A DNA stretch of 64,000 nucleotides from Acutalibacteraceae bacterium (GCA_051881635.1 JBJEQG010000057.1:1695-65694); one strand, 5' to 3'. Shown: positions 28,053 to 38,787, counted from the first letter of the stretch. Numbers and translations: made by a program. The notes: generated by a model not told the origin, from the letters alone.

Positions 28053-30830
28053 ATGCCGGAAGATTATAAAAATACATTAAACCTGTCAAAGACAGATTTC
28101 CCGATGCGTGCCGGATTACCGAAATCCGAACCTGTTACTTTGCAAAGATGGCAGGACGAAAAAGTTTATGAAAAATTGATGGAATTGAACGAGGGCAAGC
28201 CGCTTTATGTTTTGCATGACGGCCCGCCGTATGCCAACGGTGATATTCACCTTGGTACAGCCTTGAATAAGGTTTTAAAGGATATTATTGTTCGTTACAA
28301 GAATATGTCTGGTTTTAAAGCACCGTATGTTCCCGGTTGGGATACCCATGGTCTGCCGACTGAATTAAAGGCGAGAAAAAAGGCCGGTGTCGGCAACTCC
28401 ACAACAATTTCCGACAGTGAACTGCGTAAAATCTGCCGTGAGTTTGCTCTTGGCTATATTGATAACCAAAGAACACAATTCAAGCGTTTGGGCGGTATCG
28501 GTGAATGGGACAATCCTTATATCACCTTGCTCCATGAATTTGAGTCCAAACAGATTGAAATTTTTGCCGAAATGGCTTGTAAAGGTTATATTTACAGAGG
28601 TTTGAAACCGGTTTATTGGTGTGCTGAATGTGAAACCGCATTAGCGGAAGCAGAAATCGAATATGCCGAAGACCCCTGCGATTCAATTTATGTTAAGTTC
28701 CGTGTTACCGATGATATGGGCAAGTTGGCGGCAATGGGTGCAGACTTGAAAAAGACCTACTTTGTTATTTGGACAACAACGACATGGACTTTGCCTGCCA
28801 ATGTTGCGATTTGTGTTGGTCCGCAATTTAATTACAGCCTTATCAAATGTGACGGCGAATATTATGTTATGGCGGAGGAATTATATGTTTCCGCTATGGA
28901 GGCTGCCGGTAAGGAAAATTATGAAGTTATTGGTACAATCAAGGGTTCCGAGCTTGAATACATGAAAACCGCACACCCGTTCATCGACCGTGAGTCTTTG
29001 GTTATTGTCGGCAATCATGTTACGCTGGAAAGCGGTACGGGTTGCGTTCATACCGCTCCCGGTCACGGTGTTGACGACTATAATGTTTGCCGTAACTATC
29101 CCGAAATTCCGATTATCGTTCCTGTTGACGCTCATGGTAAACTGACTGAGGAGGCCGGACAATTTGCAGGCTTGTCCACCGCTGATGCAAATAAACCGAT
29201 TGCCGAGCATTTGGAGAAAATCGGTGCATTGTTTGCCTTGCAGAAGATTATCCACCAATATCCGCACTGCTGGCGATGCAAAAAGCCTGTTTTGTTCCGT
29301 GCCACAAAGCAGTGGTTCTGTTCCGTAGAGGACTTCAAGGAGCAGGCGGTTGAGGCAATCAAAACCGTTAAATGGGTACCCGGTTGGGGCGAGGACCGTA
29401 TTACATCAATGGTTCGTGACCGTGCCGATTGGTGTATTTCAAGACAGAGAAAATGGGGTGTGCCTATTCCGATTTTCTTCTGTAAAGACTGTGGCGAACC
29501 GATTATCAATAAGGACGCTATGCTCCATGTTTCCAAGCTCTTTAAAGAATACGGTTCAGATATCTGGTATGAAAAAGACGCTATGGAACTTGTTCCCGAA
29601 GGCATTGTATGTCCGAAATGCGGTGGAAAAACTTTCGACAAAGAAAAAGACATCATGGATGTTTGGTTTGATTCAGGCGTTACACATGCAGCCGTTTGTG
29701 CACAGCGTCCGTATTTGAAATGGCCGGCAGACCTTTATTTGGAGGGTGCTGACCAATACAGAGGTTGGTTCCAGTCATCTTTGTTGACTTCCGTTGCAAC
29801 AACAGGACAAGCACCATATAAAACCGTTGTTACACATGGTTGGGTTGTTGACGGCAAGGGACAAAAGATGTCAAAATCTTTGGGCAACGGTATTTTGCCG
29901 AGTGAGATTGTCGAGGAATACGGTGCGGATATTCTCCGTTTGTGGGTTGCTTCCTCCGACTATCATGCCGATATTCGTATTTCCAAGGATATTTTGAAAC
30001 AGCTTTCCGAAGCATATCGAAAGATTAGAAATACAGCCCGTTATATTTTGAGTAACATCAGCGATTTTGACCCCGATAAAGATATGGTTGCTCTTGATGA
30101 GCTTTACCCGATTGATAAATGGGCGTTGTCAAGATTGGACGAGTTAAACAAGAAAGTTCGTGAGGGATACGATACCTTTGAGTTCCACCAGGTGTTCCAT
30201 GCTATTCACAACTTCTGTGTTGTTGATATGAGTAACTTCTACCTTGATGTTCTCAAAGACCGTCTTTATACGGAACAGGCAGACGGTGCAAGCCGTCGTG
30301 CCGCACAGACAGCCATTTTCATCATTTTGGACGCTATGACAAGAATGGTATCGCCGATTTTGGCATTTACTTCGGACGAAATTTGGCAGTTTATGCCGCA
30401 CCGTTCTTCCGATAACCGTGAGAATGTTGTATTTAACGAATTGCCGGGTTTGACAGGTGTTCAGGTTGATGAGGAATTTATCTCAACATGGAATAAAATC
30501 CATGAGTTAAGAGATACTGTAAAGAAGTCTATTGAATTGGCAATTAAGGATAAAGTTGTTCGTACTTCATTGGAGTCCAAGATTACATTAACTTGCGGCA
30601 GTGCGGACTATGATTTCCTGACAAAGGTTAAAGATGAATTGACAGCGGCTCTGATTGTTTCACAGGTTGAAATTGTATTGGCAGATGTTAATGAGCTGCA
30701 AGTCAAAGTTGAACACGCTGAGGGCGAGAAGTGCGAGCGTTGTTGGGCATACAGAAGCACTGTCGGACAAAATGCCGAATATAAGACTTTGTGTGCAAGA
30801 TGTATTGCTGTTCTTTCCAATAAGAAATAA
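28053..30830 (+). CDS. ileS: Isoleucine--tRNA ligase
   Basis: HIGH-type motif (PPYANGDIHLGT), KMSKS, and a C-terminal zinc-binding CERCW...CARC. Confidence 0.97.
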   Translation: MPEDYKNTLNLSKTDFPMRAGLPKSEPVTLQRWQDEKVYEKLMELNEGKPLYVLHDGPPYANGDIHLGTALNKVLKDIIVRYKNMSGFKAPYVPGWDTHGLPTELKARKKAGVGNSTTISDSELRKICREFALGYIDNQRTQFKRLGGIGEWDNPYITLLHEFESKQIEIFAEMACKGYIYRGLKPVYWCAECETALAEAEIEYAEDPCDSIYVKFRVTDDMGKLAAMGADLKKTYFVIWTTTTWTLPANVAICVGPQFNYSLIKCDGEYYVMAEELYVSAMEAAGKENYEVIGTIKGSELEYMKTAHPFIDRESLVIVGNHVTLESGTGCVHTAPGHGVDDYNVCRNYPEIPIIVPVDAHGKLTEEAGQFAGLSTADANKPIAEHLEKIGALFALQKIIHQYPHCWRCKKPVLFRATKQWFCSVEDFKEQAVEAIKTVKWVPGWGEDRITSMVRDRADWCISRQRKWGVPIPIFFCKDCGEPIINKDAMLHVSKLFKEYGSDIWYEKDAMELVPEGIVCPKCGGKTFDKEKDIMDVWFDSGVTHAAVCAQRPYLKWPADLYLEGADQYRGWFQSSLLTSVATTGQAPYKTVVTHGWVVDGKGQKMSKSLGNGILPSEIVEEYGADILRLWVASSDYHADIRISKDILKQLSEAYRKIRNTARYILSNISDFDPDKDMVALDELYPIDKWALSRLDELNKKVREGYDTFEFHQVFHAIHNFCVVDMSNFYLDVLKDRLYTEQADGASRRAAQTAIFIILDAMTRMVSPILAFTSDEIWQFMPHRSSDNRENVVFNELPGLTGVQVDEEFISTWNKIHELRDTVKKSIELAIKDKVVRTSLESKITLTCGSADYDFLTKVKDELTAALIVSQVEIVLADVNELQVKVEHAEGEKCERCWAYRSTVGQNAEYKTLCARCIAVLSNKK

Positions 30831-30847
30831 ATAGAGTGAAATTTAAT

Positions 30848-30884
30848 AGACGGTGTATCGAACCTCGATGCACCGTCTTGTTGT
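30848..30884 (+). terminator. Strong hairpin between ileS and lspA (partial terminator/attenuator)
   Basis: AGACGGTGTATCGA-ACC-TCGATGCACCGTCT 14-bp stem, with only a weak TGTTGT tract after it. Confidence 0.5.
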
Positions 30885-30896
30885 AGGAGAAATTGT

Positions 30897-31391
30897 ATGA
30901 TATTTTGGATTTTAGGTATTGCGGCAGCGGCAGCGGTTCTTGACCAGATATTTAAAGAGCTTGTTTTGGCGTATGTTGTGCCTGTGGGCAGTATAGAGGT
31001 CATTCCGTCTTTGTTTTCGTTGGTTTATACGGAAAATAGAGGCGTGGCGTTTGGTCTGTTTCAGAATACAACATGGCTTTTTGCGATTGTAACCGTTTTG
31101 ATTATTGCGTTCTTGCTGTTTTTTTATCAAAAATATAAATTCAAAAGTAAGCTGATTATAACCGCAATGGGCTTGGTGATTGGCGGCGGTATAGGCAATT
31201 TGATAGACCGTATTTTTCGTGGTTATGTTATTGATTTTCTGTCGGTATCATTTTTTCCGCCCGTCTGCAATTTTGCGGATTATTGTGTGGTTGTCGGGGC
31301 AGTCATTTTGATATTAACGCTGTTTTTCGGAAAATCACTTGAAACGGAGTCAAATACTCTTGACAATACACACGGTGAAGACCATGAGTGA
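30897..31391 (+). CDS. lspA: Signal peptidase II (lipoprotein signal peptidase)
   Basis: NRGVAFG and GGGIGNLIDR, then FNFADY motifs. Confidence 0.93.
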   Translation: MIFWILGIAAAAAVLDQIFKELVLAYVVPVGSIEVIPSLFSLVYTENRGVAFGLFQNTTWLFAIVTVLIIAFLLFFYQKYKFKSKLIITAMGLVIGGGIGNLIDRIFRGYVIDFLSVSFFPPVCNFADYCVVVGAVILILTLFFGKSLETESNTLDNTHGEDHE

Positions 31392-32304
31392 GCTTTTGGA
31401 ATATACAGTGGAAGATACCGCTGTTGGGGAACGGATAGATAAATTTTTGACGGTACGAAATACGGATTTTACACGCTCGGAGATTCAGAAGTGGATTGAT
31501 GACGGTAATGTTACCGTCAACGAAAAAACGGCAGCAAAAAATTATAAACTGCGTATAGGTGACCATGTGGTTCTTTGTGTTCCTGATGCGGTTTTGCCCG
31601 AAGCCAAGCCGGAAAATATACCGTTGGAAATTGCCTATGAAGACGATGATTTGTTGGTTGTCAATAAGCCGAAAGGTATGGTTGTTCATCCGGCTGTCGG
31701 AAATTATAACGGTACTTTGGTAAATGCACTTTTGTATTATTGCGGCAATTCGCTTTCGGGGATTAACGGCGTTTTGCGTCCGGGTATTGTCCACCGTATT
31801 GATAAAGACACAAGTGGACTGTTGATTGTCGCCAAAAATGATTTTGCTCATCGGCTTTTGGCGGAACAGATTAAATACCATAGCTTTGTTCGCAAATATC
31901 GGGCAGTTGTGTACGGAAATTTAAAAGATGACGAGGGGACAATAAATGCACCTATCGGACGCAATCCGCTTGACCGTAAGAAAATGGCGGTTACAGAAAA
32001 AAACTCCAAACAGGCGATAACGCATTATAAGGTTTTGGAACGATTCGGTAATTTCACTTATGTTGAATTGACGCTTGAAACGGGACGCACACATCAAATT
32101 CGTGTTCACATGGCGTCCATAGGACACCCCGTTGCAGGTGATGCAGTCTATGGACCGGGTAAAGTGATACAAAGTTTAAACGGACAGTGCCTTCATGCCT
32201 ATTTCATTAGCTTTGAACACCCTCGCACACATAAGGAAATTACATTATCGGCAGATTTGCCGCCATATTTTGAAACCTTCTTAAAAAAGTTGAGGAACTC
32301 ATAA
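31384..32304 (+). CDS. rluD: RluA family pseudouridine synthase (RluD-like)
   Basis: N-terminal S4 domain, HRIDKDTSGLL catalytic motif and GRTHQIRVH. The start overlaps the lspA stop. Confidence 0.92.
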   Translation: MSELLEYTVEDTAVGERIDKFLTVRNTDFTRSEIQKWIDDGNVTVNEKTAAKNYKLRIGDHVVLCVPDAVLPEAKPENIPLEIAYEDDDLLVVNKPKGMVVHPAVGNYNGTLVNALLYYCGNSLSGINGVLRPGIVHRIDKDTSGLLIVAKNDFAHRLLAEQIKYHSFVRKYRAVVYGNLKDDEGTINAPIGRNPLDRKKMAVTEKNSKQAITHYKVLERFGNFTYVELTLETGRTHQIRVHMASIGHPVAGDAVYGPGKVIQSLNGQCLHAYFISFEHPRTHKEITLSADLPPYFETFLKKLRNS

Positions 32305-32422
32305 AGAAACAACACTTTTTCAAGGTTTCGGATTTATAATAAAATTTAGATAAAACCTTTTCAAAAAATTGGAGGCAAAGCCTCCAACGGTATGATAAAA
32401 AAGTCGATAGGAGATGATTTTT

Positions 32423-33100
32423 ATGCGTTTGTTGATTGTTGAAGATGAAGTTGGTTTGGCTGAGGCATTGGCGGCAATTTTACGCAAGGAAAAATATGCG
32501 GTTGATGTTTCTTATGACGGGCTTTCAGGTTTGGAAAATGCCCTGTCAGGTCTTTATGACTGTATTTTATTGGATATTATGTTGCCGAAGATGAACGGTG
32601 TAGAGGTCTTAAAAAATATCCGAAATGAAAAAATAGAAACACCCGTTTTGCTTTTGACGGCAAAATCAGAAGTCAATGACAAAATTCAAGGTTTAGATGC
32701 CGGAGCCGATGACTATTTAACAAAACCGTTTGTTAAAGGTGAGTTGTTGGCAAGAATACGGGCTTTAACCCGTCGCAAAGGGACGGTTATAGAGTCCAGT
32801 CCGCGTTTTGGCGATATTACTTTAAATCTTAGAAAATGCGAGCTTTCCTGTGGAACGGAATCGGTACTTTTGGGACGCAAAGAGTTTCAAATGATGGAAA
32901 TGTTGATTTCTGCCGGCGGACAGATTGTTACCAAAGAATTGTTTGTACAAAAAATTTGGGGTTATGATGATGATACGGAATACAATAATGTTGAAGTCTA
33001 TATTTCTTTTTTGCGTAAAAAACTTCAACTGTTAAATTCCACTGTACAAATTCGTACACGGCGAGGCGTTGGTTACTGCCTGGACGGTGTAGGTTCATGA
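32423..33100 (+). CDS. OmpR-family response regulator
   Basis: MRLLIVEDE, DCILLDIMLPKMNG, TAKS and a C-terminal winged helix (RRGVGY). Confidence 0.92.
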   Translation: MRLLIVEDEVGLAEALAAILRKEKYAVDVSYDGLSGLENALSGLYDCILLDIMLPKMNGVEVLKNIRNEKIETPVLLLTAKSEVNDKIQGLDAGADDYLTKPFVKGELLARIRALTRRKGTVIESSPRFGDITLNLRKCELSCGTESVLLGRKEFQMMEMLISAGGQIVTKELFVQKIWGYDDDTEYNNVEVYISFLRKKLQLLNSTVQIRTRRGVGYCLDGVGS

Positions 33101-34278
33101 TTCGGAAACTTCGTATTAAATTTGTTTTGATTATTATGATGGTTATGCTGATTGTCTTTTCAGGTGTTCTTTTGTCAATCAATATCATAACTAAATCCAT
33201 TGCATACAATCAGAGTGTAGATAAGTTGATGCGATTAGCGGCAGGGGACAGCTTTCGTGTTGGGCGTGAAGATGCCGCAAATACTTTTTCTGTCAAATTG
33301 GATTCAAACGGCTATATCACCTCTGTTTTTTGGCGAGGAAATCAAATGCCTGATGATGAGAAATTTTTTGCGGAAGTTTCTTACTATGTTCAAACCGCAT
33401 TATCTAAGAATACAAAAATCGGCACAGTCGATTCTTATATTTTTTTAGTTGAACCAAAGAATTATGGCACATTGATTGTTTTTCTGGATAATACACAGCA
33501 AGAGGAACAGACAAAAATTTTGTTTGATACAACTTTGCTGATTGGTATTTGCACGATTGTTGTATTGGCTGTTTTGTCCTCAGTTTTAGCGTTTATTGCA
33601 ACCAAGCCCGTTAAACAGGCTTTTGATAAACAAAAAGCATTCATATCTGACGCAAGCCATGAATTAAAAACACCGCTTGCGGTTATCAACACAAACATTG
33701 ATGTTTTAGAAAGTGAAATTGGTACAAATAAATGGTTGGAATACATAAAAGACGAGTCTGTGCGTATGAATGAGCTGGTACAGGAGCTTTTGTGTTTGGC
33801 ACGAATGGACGATAACAGCAGTAAGACGATTTTTTCCAACATCAATTTAAGCAATACGGTATTGCTGACGGTATTACCGTTTGAAAGTACCGTATTTGAG
33901 TCGGGAAAAACGCTTGAAACCGAAGTGGACGATAATATTATGCTTCATGCTGATGAAAGCAAAATCAAGCATTTGGTTTCCATTCTTTTAGATAACGCAA
34001 TAAAATATTCCGATGATAAAGGCATTATCAAGGTTTCACTTCATCTCCGAAATAATAAGCCGATTTTGGAAGTTTATAATACAGGAAAAGGTATAGAGAA
34101 AAAGGACTACAAAAAGATTTTTGAACGCTTTTACAGAGAAGACCAAGCCCGTAACAGTGCAAAAGGCGGTTATGGTTTGGGTTTGGCGATTGCCCAATCA
34201 ATAGTTGAGGAGCATGGCGGAAAAATTTCCGTTCAAAGTTCATACGGTCATTGGATTACCTTTACTGTAACTTTTTAA
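33097..34278 (+). CDS. Sensor histidine kinase (HisKA/HATPase_c)
   Basis: Two TM helices, H-box FISDASHELKTPLA, N-box LLDNAIKY and G-box GGYGLGLAIA. ATGA overlap with the regulator gene. Confidence 0.92.
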   Translation: MIRKLRIKFVLIIMMVMLIVFSGVLLSINIITKSIAYNQSVDKLMRLAAGDSFRVGREDAANTFSVKLDSNGYITSVFWRGNQMPDDEKFFAEVSYYVQTALSKNTKIGTVDSYIFLVEPKNYGTLIVFLDNTQQEEQTKILFDTTLLIGICTIVVLAVLSSVLAFIATKPVKQAFDKQKAFISDASHELKTPLAVINTNIDVLESEIGTNKWLEYIKDESVRMNELVQELLCLARMDDNSSKTIFSNINLSNTVLLTVLPFESTVFESGKTLETEVDDNIMLHADESKIKHLVSILLDNAIKYSDDKGIIKVSLHLRNNKPILEVYNTGKGIEKKDYKKIFERFYREDQARNSAKGGYGLGLAIAQSIVEEHGGKISVQSSYGHWITFTVTF

Positions 34279-34285
34279 CAACAAA

Positions 34286-34324
34286 AATTCCCGCAAGAAA
34301 TTATTTCCTTGCGGGAATTTTTTA
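34286..34324 (+). terminator. Rho-independent terminator after the two-component system
   Basis: AATTCCCGCAAG-N10-CTTGCGGGAATT 12-bp stem followed by a T-tract. Confidence 0.85.
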
Positions 34325-34422
34325 TGGAAAAAGTCGTTCATTCAATAAAAATAACGGCTTTATTTTTATTCCAAAAGGTAATAAATCTTTCCACTTTTAA
34401 ACACAATAAAGATAGAATATCC

Positions 34423-34475
34423 TTGACATATACCCCATGAGGGTATATAATAAAAATACCCATAGGGGGTATAAT
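34423..34475 (+). promoter_or_regulatory. Consensus sigma-A promoter overlapped by two CsoR-type operator pseudo-palindromes
   Basis: TTGACA (34423-28), 17-nt spacer, TATAAT (34446-51). ATACCCCATGAGGGTAT (34430-46) and ATACCCATAGGGGGTAT (34456-72) are GC-centred inverted repeats of the TACCC-N-GGGTA kind known for CsoR. Confidence 0.75.
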
Positions 34476-34495
34476 TTAAAAAGTGAGGAAAAGCT

Positions 34496-34810
34496 ATGGA
34501 AGAAAAACTTTGTTCCGAATGTTGTCATTGTGAAAAAACAAAGGTGCGTTCGGAAGAAGAATATAAAAGTCTTATTCACCGTTTAAACCGTATTGAAGGA
34601 CAAATTCGTGGAATTAAAGGCATGGTTGAAAAAAACGCCTATTGTACGGATATTTTAATGCAGGTTTCCGCAGTTACAGCAGCACTAAATGCTTTTAATA
34701 AAGAACTTTTGGCAAATCATATAAAAACCTGTGTTGCACAGGATATTCGTGACGGCAAGGACGAAACCATAGACGATTTAGTTGCCGTTTTGCAAAAATT
34801 GATGAGATAA
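34496..34810 (+). CDS. csoR: CsoR-family copper-sensing transcriptional repressor
   Basis: ~100 aa, LIHRLNRIEGQIRGI motif, and Cys/His ligand pattern (YCTDILMQ...). Confidence 0.9.
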   Translation: MEEKLCSECCHCEKTKVRSEEEYKSLIHRLNRIEGQIRGIKGMVEKNAYCTDILMQVSAVTAALNAFNKELLANHIKTCVAQDIRDGKDETIDDLVAVLQKLMR

Positions 34811-34886
34811 AAGCAACCGTTTGCCTTGATATTCGTCAAACGGTTGTCGAAAATATTATGATTGAAATTGAAACGGAGGCTGTTTA

Positions 34887-37388
34887 ATGGAGCAATATAC
34901 GGTTACGGGCATGAGTTGTGCAGCGTGTAGTACTCGTGTAGAGAAAGCAGTTTCTAAGGTGTCGGGTGTAACTTCATGTTCTGTAAATTTGTTGACAAAT
35001 TCTATGTTAGTTGAGGGAACGGCAACACCGAGTGAGATTATTGCGGCTGTTGAGGCGGCTGGATATGGAGCAAGTCCAAAGGGCGGTCAACAAACCCAAG
35101 CTTTCAACAAAGACACATTGAAAGACAAAGAAACTCCTTTGCTTAAAAAGCGGTTGGTTGTTTCTGTTGTTTTGCTTTTAATCCTTATGTATTTTTCCAT
35201 GGGGCATATGATGTGGAATTGGTGGATTCCGCCTGTTCTTAGTAATAACCATGTTGCTATGGGGTTAATTCAACTTTTGCTGACGATTGCCATTATGGTT
35301 ATCAATCAAAAGTTTTTCATAAGCGGTTTTAAAGGATTGTTTCATGGCTCACCAAATATGGATACATTAGTGGCATTAGGAGCGGGTGCGGCATTTATAT
35401 ACAGTACCTGTGTACTTTTTGCGATGACAGATGCACAAACCAACGGCAATATAACCGCTGTTATGACTTATATGCATGAATTTTATTTTGAATCGGCAGC
35501 CATGATTTTAACACTTATAACGGTAGGCAAAACCTTAGAGGCGTACTCCAAAGGCAAAACCACAAACGCTCTCCGCAGCCTTATGAATTTAGCTCCCAAG
35601 ACGGCAACAATTTTGCGTGATGACATAGAGCAAGTCGTTCCAATAGAACAGGTTAAAAAAGGGGACTTGTTTGTTGTTCGGCCGGGAGAGAATATTCCTG
35701 TTGACGGTATTGTTATTGAGGGAAACAGTGCGGTCAATGAAGCGGCTTTAACAGGCGAGAGCGTTCCTGTCGATAAAAGTGTTGGCGATACCGTATCGGC
35801 GGCAACAGTTAATCAGTCAGGTTTTATTAAGTGCAGGGCGAGTCGTGTTGGAGAAGATACAACGCTTTCACAGATTATTCGTATGGTCAGCGATGCAGCG
35901 TCAACAAAAGCCCCGATTGCAAAAGCGGCGGATAAAGTATCAGGTGTTTTCGTGCCGATTGTTATGGTGATTGCGTTAATTACAACGATTGTTTGGTTGT
36001 TTGTTGACCAAAGTATTGGTTCAGCATTGGCACGAGGTATTTCCGTTTTGGTTATCAGTTGTCCGTGTGCATTAGGTTTGGCAACGCCTGTGGCTATTAT
36101 GGTCGGAAATGGCAAAGGAGCGAAGCATGGTATTCTCTTTAAGACCGCCGCCGCATTGGAAACAGCAGGTAAGGTGCAAATTATAGCTTTGGATAAAACA
36201 GGCACAATAACAAAAGGAGAGCCGGAAGTTACGGATATTATTCCCGTAAGCGGCATTGAGGAAAATGAACTTTTAAAAATGGCATATTCTCTCGAAAAAA
36301 AGAGCGAACACCCATTAGCTAAGGCTATATTGAAAAAAGCTGAAACAGACGGCATATCCGCTGATGAAACCACAGATTTCCAGGTATTATCGGGCAGTGG
36401 ATTAAATGCCATGTGTAACGGTGTATCTCTAAGCGGCGGAAACTTTAAATTTATTTCAGAACAAACGGTTATTTCCCCGGAAATAAAACAAAAAGCGGAA
36501 CAGCTTTCCGAACAGGGAAAAACTCCTCTGTTTTTCTGTCGTGACAATAAACTTTTGGGTATAATAGCGGTTGCTGATACAATTAAAGAGGACAGTCCTC
36601 AGGCGGTCAGGGAATTGCAAAATATGGGGATTTATGTAGTTATGCTTACGGGAGATAATAAGCGTACCGCTCATGCGATTGGCAAACAAGTCGGTGTTGA
36701 CGAGGTTGTTGCAGGTGTAATGCCGGACGGTAAAGAGAGTGTTATCCGTAAATTACAGCAAAAAGGCAAAGTAGCCATGGTAGGGGACGGTATAAATGAT
36801 GCACCTGCACTGACAAGAGCCGATGTTGGAATTGCTATCGGAGCCGGTACGGATATAGCGATTGATGCCGCAGATGTTGTTTTGATGAAAAATCGTTTAT
36901 CCGATGTTCCTGCCGCTGTTCGTTTAAGTCGTGCAACCTTGCGTAATATCCACGAAAATCTGTTTTGGGCGTTTATTTATAATATTATAGGTATTCCGTT
37001 GGCGGCAGGTGTTTGGATACCACTGTTAGGTTGGCGGCTCAGTCCAATGTTTGGAGCGGCGGCAATGAGTTTGTCAAGTGTATGTGTCGTGGCAAATGCC
37101 TTGCGTTTAAATTGGTTTAATATCCGCAATACAAAGCGTGATAAAAAAATAAAATCCATAAATTTGGAAAAGGAGCAAAATTCAATGGAAAAAACAATCA
37201 AAATTGAAGGTATGATGTGTCCGCACTGTGAGGCTACTGTTAAAAAGACATTAGAGGCGTTTGATGCAGTCGATACCGCTGTTGTCAGTCATAAAGAGGG
37301 AACAGCGGTTATTACGCTGAACAAGGATATTTCAGACGATGAGCTGAAACAGGCGATTGAAAGTCAAGGCTATAAAGTTTTGGATTGA
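34887..37388 (+). CDS. copA: Copper-translocating P-type ATPase CopA with N- and C-terminal HMA domains
   Basis: N-terminal [15 protein letters not shown] transmembrane motif ([11 protein letters not shown]), [17 protein letters not shown], and a C-terminal 67-aa HMA ([13 protein letters not shown]). Confidence 0.95.
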   Translation: MEQYTVTGMSCAACSTRVEKAVSKVSGVTSCSVNLLTNSMLVEGTATPSEIIAAVEAAGYGASPKGGQQTQAFNKDTLKDKETPLLKKRLVVSVVLLLILMYFSMGHMMWNWWIPPVLSNNHVAMGLIQLLLTIAIMVINQKFFISGFKGLFHGSPNMDTLVALGAGAAFIYSTCVLFAMTDAQTNGNITAVMTYMHEFYFESAAMILTLITVGKTLEAYSKGKTTNALRSLMNLAPKTATILRDDIEQVVPIEQVKKGDLFVVRPGENIPVDGIVIEGNSAVNEAALTGESVPVDKSVGDTVSAATVNQSGFIKCRASRVGEDTTLSQIIRMVSDAASTKAPIAKAADKVSGVFVPIVMVIALITTIVWLFVDQSIGSALARGISVLVISCPCALGLATPVAIMVGNGKGAKHGILFKTAAALETAGKVQIIALDKTGTITKGEPEVTDIIPVSGIEENELLKMAYSLEKKSEHPLAKAILKKAETDGISADETTDFQVLSGSGLNAMCNGVSLSGGNFKFISEQTVISPEIKQKAEQLSEQGKTPLFFCRDNKLLGIIAVADTIKEDSPQAVRELQNMGIYVVMLTGDNKRTAHAIGKQVGVDEVVAGVMPDGKESVIRKLQQKGKVAMVGDGINDAPALTRADVGIAIGAGTDIAIDAADVVLMKNRLSDVPAAVRLSRATLRNIHENLFWAFIYNIIGIPLAAGVWIPLLGWRLSPMFGAAAMSLSSVCVVANALRLNWFNIRNTKRDKKIKSINLEKEQNSMEKTIKIEGMMCPHCEATVKKTLEAFDAVDTAVVSHKEGTAVITLNKDISDDELKQAIESQGYKVLD

Positions 37389-37392
37389 TTAA

Positions 37393-37437
37393 AAACACCG
37401 TCATAAACATTCAAAAAAGTTTGTGACGGTGTTTCTT
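37393..37437 (+). terminator. Rho-independent terminator after copA
   Basis: ACACCGTCATAAAC-N10-GTTTGTGACGGTGT 14-bp stem followed by TTCTT. Confidence 0.8.
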
Positions 37438-37507
37438 GTGTTACAAAAATATTGTGCTTTTTCTCAAATTTTACTGTGAAAGATTATTGTGTTTGCTTTT
37501 AAGGGAG

Positions 37508-37536
37508 TTGACAATTTAAGGGTTTCTTTATAAAAT
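37508..37536 (+). promoter_or_regulatory. Sigma-A promoter for the TetR gene (TTGACA-17-TAAAAT)
   Basis: Exact -35 at 37508-13, 17-nt spacer, -10 TAAAAT at 37531-36. Confidence 0.65.
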
Positions 37537-37570
37537 AAATATTGAAGTATAATAGGAAGTGAACTGTACC

Positions 37571-38176
37571 ATGTCTGTAAATAAATACGCACAAAAGGAA
37601 CAACAAATTTTAGATGCGTTGCTTCAAATTGCTGTCGGGGATACCAAAATATCGGAAATTACAGTACAGGATATTGCGACAGCCGCCGGCATAGGCAAAG
37701 GTACGATATATGAATATTTCAATTCCAAAGAAGAAATTTTTGAAAAAGCGATTTTTTATATGGGTGATAAACTTGTAAATAAAGTTTATCATGCAGTTGA
37801 AAATGCAGATACCTTTGATAAGAAAATAAACACATTAGAGGACGAATTGATTTCCATTGGAGAAGATACGCTGAATATTCATAAAACTCTAATGGAAGCA
37901 TTGGGTTTTCCGAACAAAATAAAATCTCCGACACATACAAAGAAATTGCCATTTAATTGTTTTGAACATTTGGATAAAATGTTTGAAGATATGTTACAAC
38001 AAGCCTTATACGAAAAAGTTATTAGCCCCGATTTATCAAAAGAATATGTTTTGTTTGTCTTGCGTACAATGACATCTTCTTTTTTTCATTTGGTTCATGT
38101 TCCCGATTTTTCTTTGGAGGATATTCCGGATATTAAAGATTATACCAATCGTATGATTTATAAGTCATTATCCTAA
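37571..38176 (+). CDS. TetR/AcrR family transcriptional regulator
   Basis: N-terminal HTH: ITVQDIATAAGIGKGTIYEYFNSKEEIF. Confidence 0.88.
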   Translation: MSVNKYAQKEQQILDALLQIAVGDTKISEITVQDIATAAGIGKGTIYEYFNSKEEIFEKAIFYMGDKLVNKVYHAVENADTFDKKINTLEDELISIGEDTLNIHKTLMEALGFPNKIKSPTHTKKLPFNCFEHLDKMFEDMLQQALYEKVISPDLSKEYVLFVLRTMTSSFFHLVHVPDFSLEDIPDIKDYTNRMIYKSLS

Positions 38177-38192
38177 AATCAGTAACCATTCC

Positions 38193-38228
38193 AAAACCGT
38201 TTCTTAATCCGTTTAAGAAACGGTTTTT
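38193..38228 (+). terminator. Rho-independent terminator after the TetR gene
   Basis: AAACCGTTTCTTAA-TCCG-TTTAAGAAACGGTTT stem followed by TTTTG. Confidence 0.85.
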
Positions 38229-38330
38229 GTTATGTGTATTTTGCCATGTAAAAAATGCACTTTGCACTTTTTTGGTTTCTTTTTAAATTGAAAGATGATA
38301 AACTAAAATTATCGTAAGGAGATGGAAAAC

Positions 38331-38768
38331 ATGAAATTGTATATTGAACAATCCGATTGCTATAAGGAAACAGAAATTATTATTCATTGTTCAATACTTG
38401 ACCGCAACTTGCAAAAGATTATAGAACAGATACAATTAGCTTCATGCATTTTGACCGTACAAAAAGATGACCAGACACTTTTGCTCAAACCGGATACCGT
38501 CTGTTATTTGGAAAGTGTAGACGATAAAACCTTTGTTTATACTGAAAAAGAAGTTTATGAGTCGCAGATGAAATTGTATGAACTTGAAGAATTTCTCAAA
38601 CAAGCGTCTTTTGTTCGCATTAGTAAATCCTGCATTTTAAATATAAACTATCTTGAAAGTGTCCGACCGCTTTTAAACGGAAAAATGGAGGCACTGTTGT
38701 CCAACGGTGAACGCATTATTGTCAACCGTCATTATGTTCCCGAATTTAAAAGAAAGTTCGGTCTGTAA
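38331..38768 (+). CDS. LytTR family DNA-binding protein
   Basis: C-terminal LytTR pattern (FVRISKSCILNINYLESVRP...RIIVNRHYVPEFKRK). The ATG at 38331 is 9 nt after AAGGAG. Confidence 0.85.
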   Translation: MKLYIEQSDCYKETEIIIHCSILDRNLQKIIEQIQLASCILTVQKDDQTLLLKPDTVCYLESVDDKTFVYTEKEVYESQMKLYELEEFLKQASFVRISKSCILNINYLESVRPLLNGKMEALLSNGERIIVNRHYVPEFKRKFGL

Positions 38769-38787
38769 TTGAGGAGGAGAAATTTTT

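Noticed and set aside
32369-32387. Perfect hairpin TTGGAGGC-AAA-GCCTCCAA after rluD.
   Set aside because: The T-tract is on the wrong side: the A-run precedes it on the plus strand, so it would terminate minus-strand transcription, but no minus-strand gene reads into it. It may still slow read-through, but it is not called as a terminator.
34325-34441. 38-codon ORF (MEKVVHSIKITALFLFQKVINLSTFKHNKDRISLTYTP) in the spacer before csoR.
   Set aside because: It has no Shine-Dalgarno. It starts inside the T-tract of the upstream terminator and runs into the csoR promoter and operator. It is most likely fortuitous.
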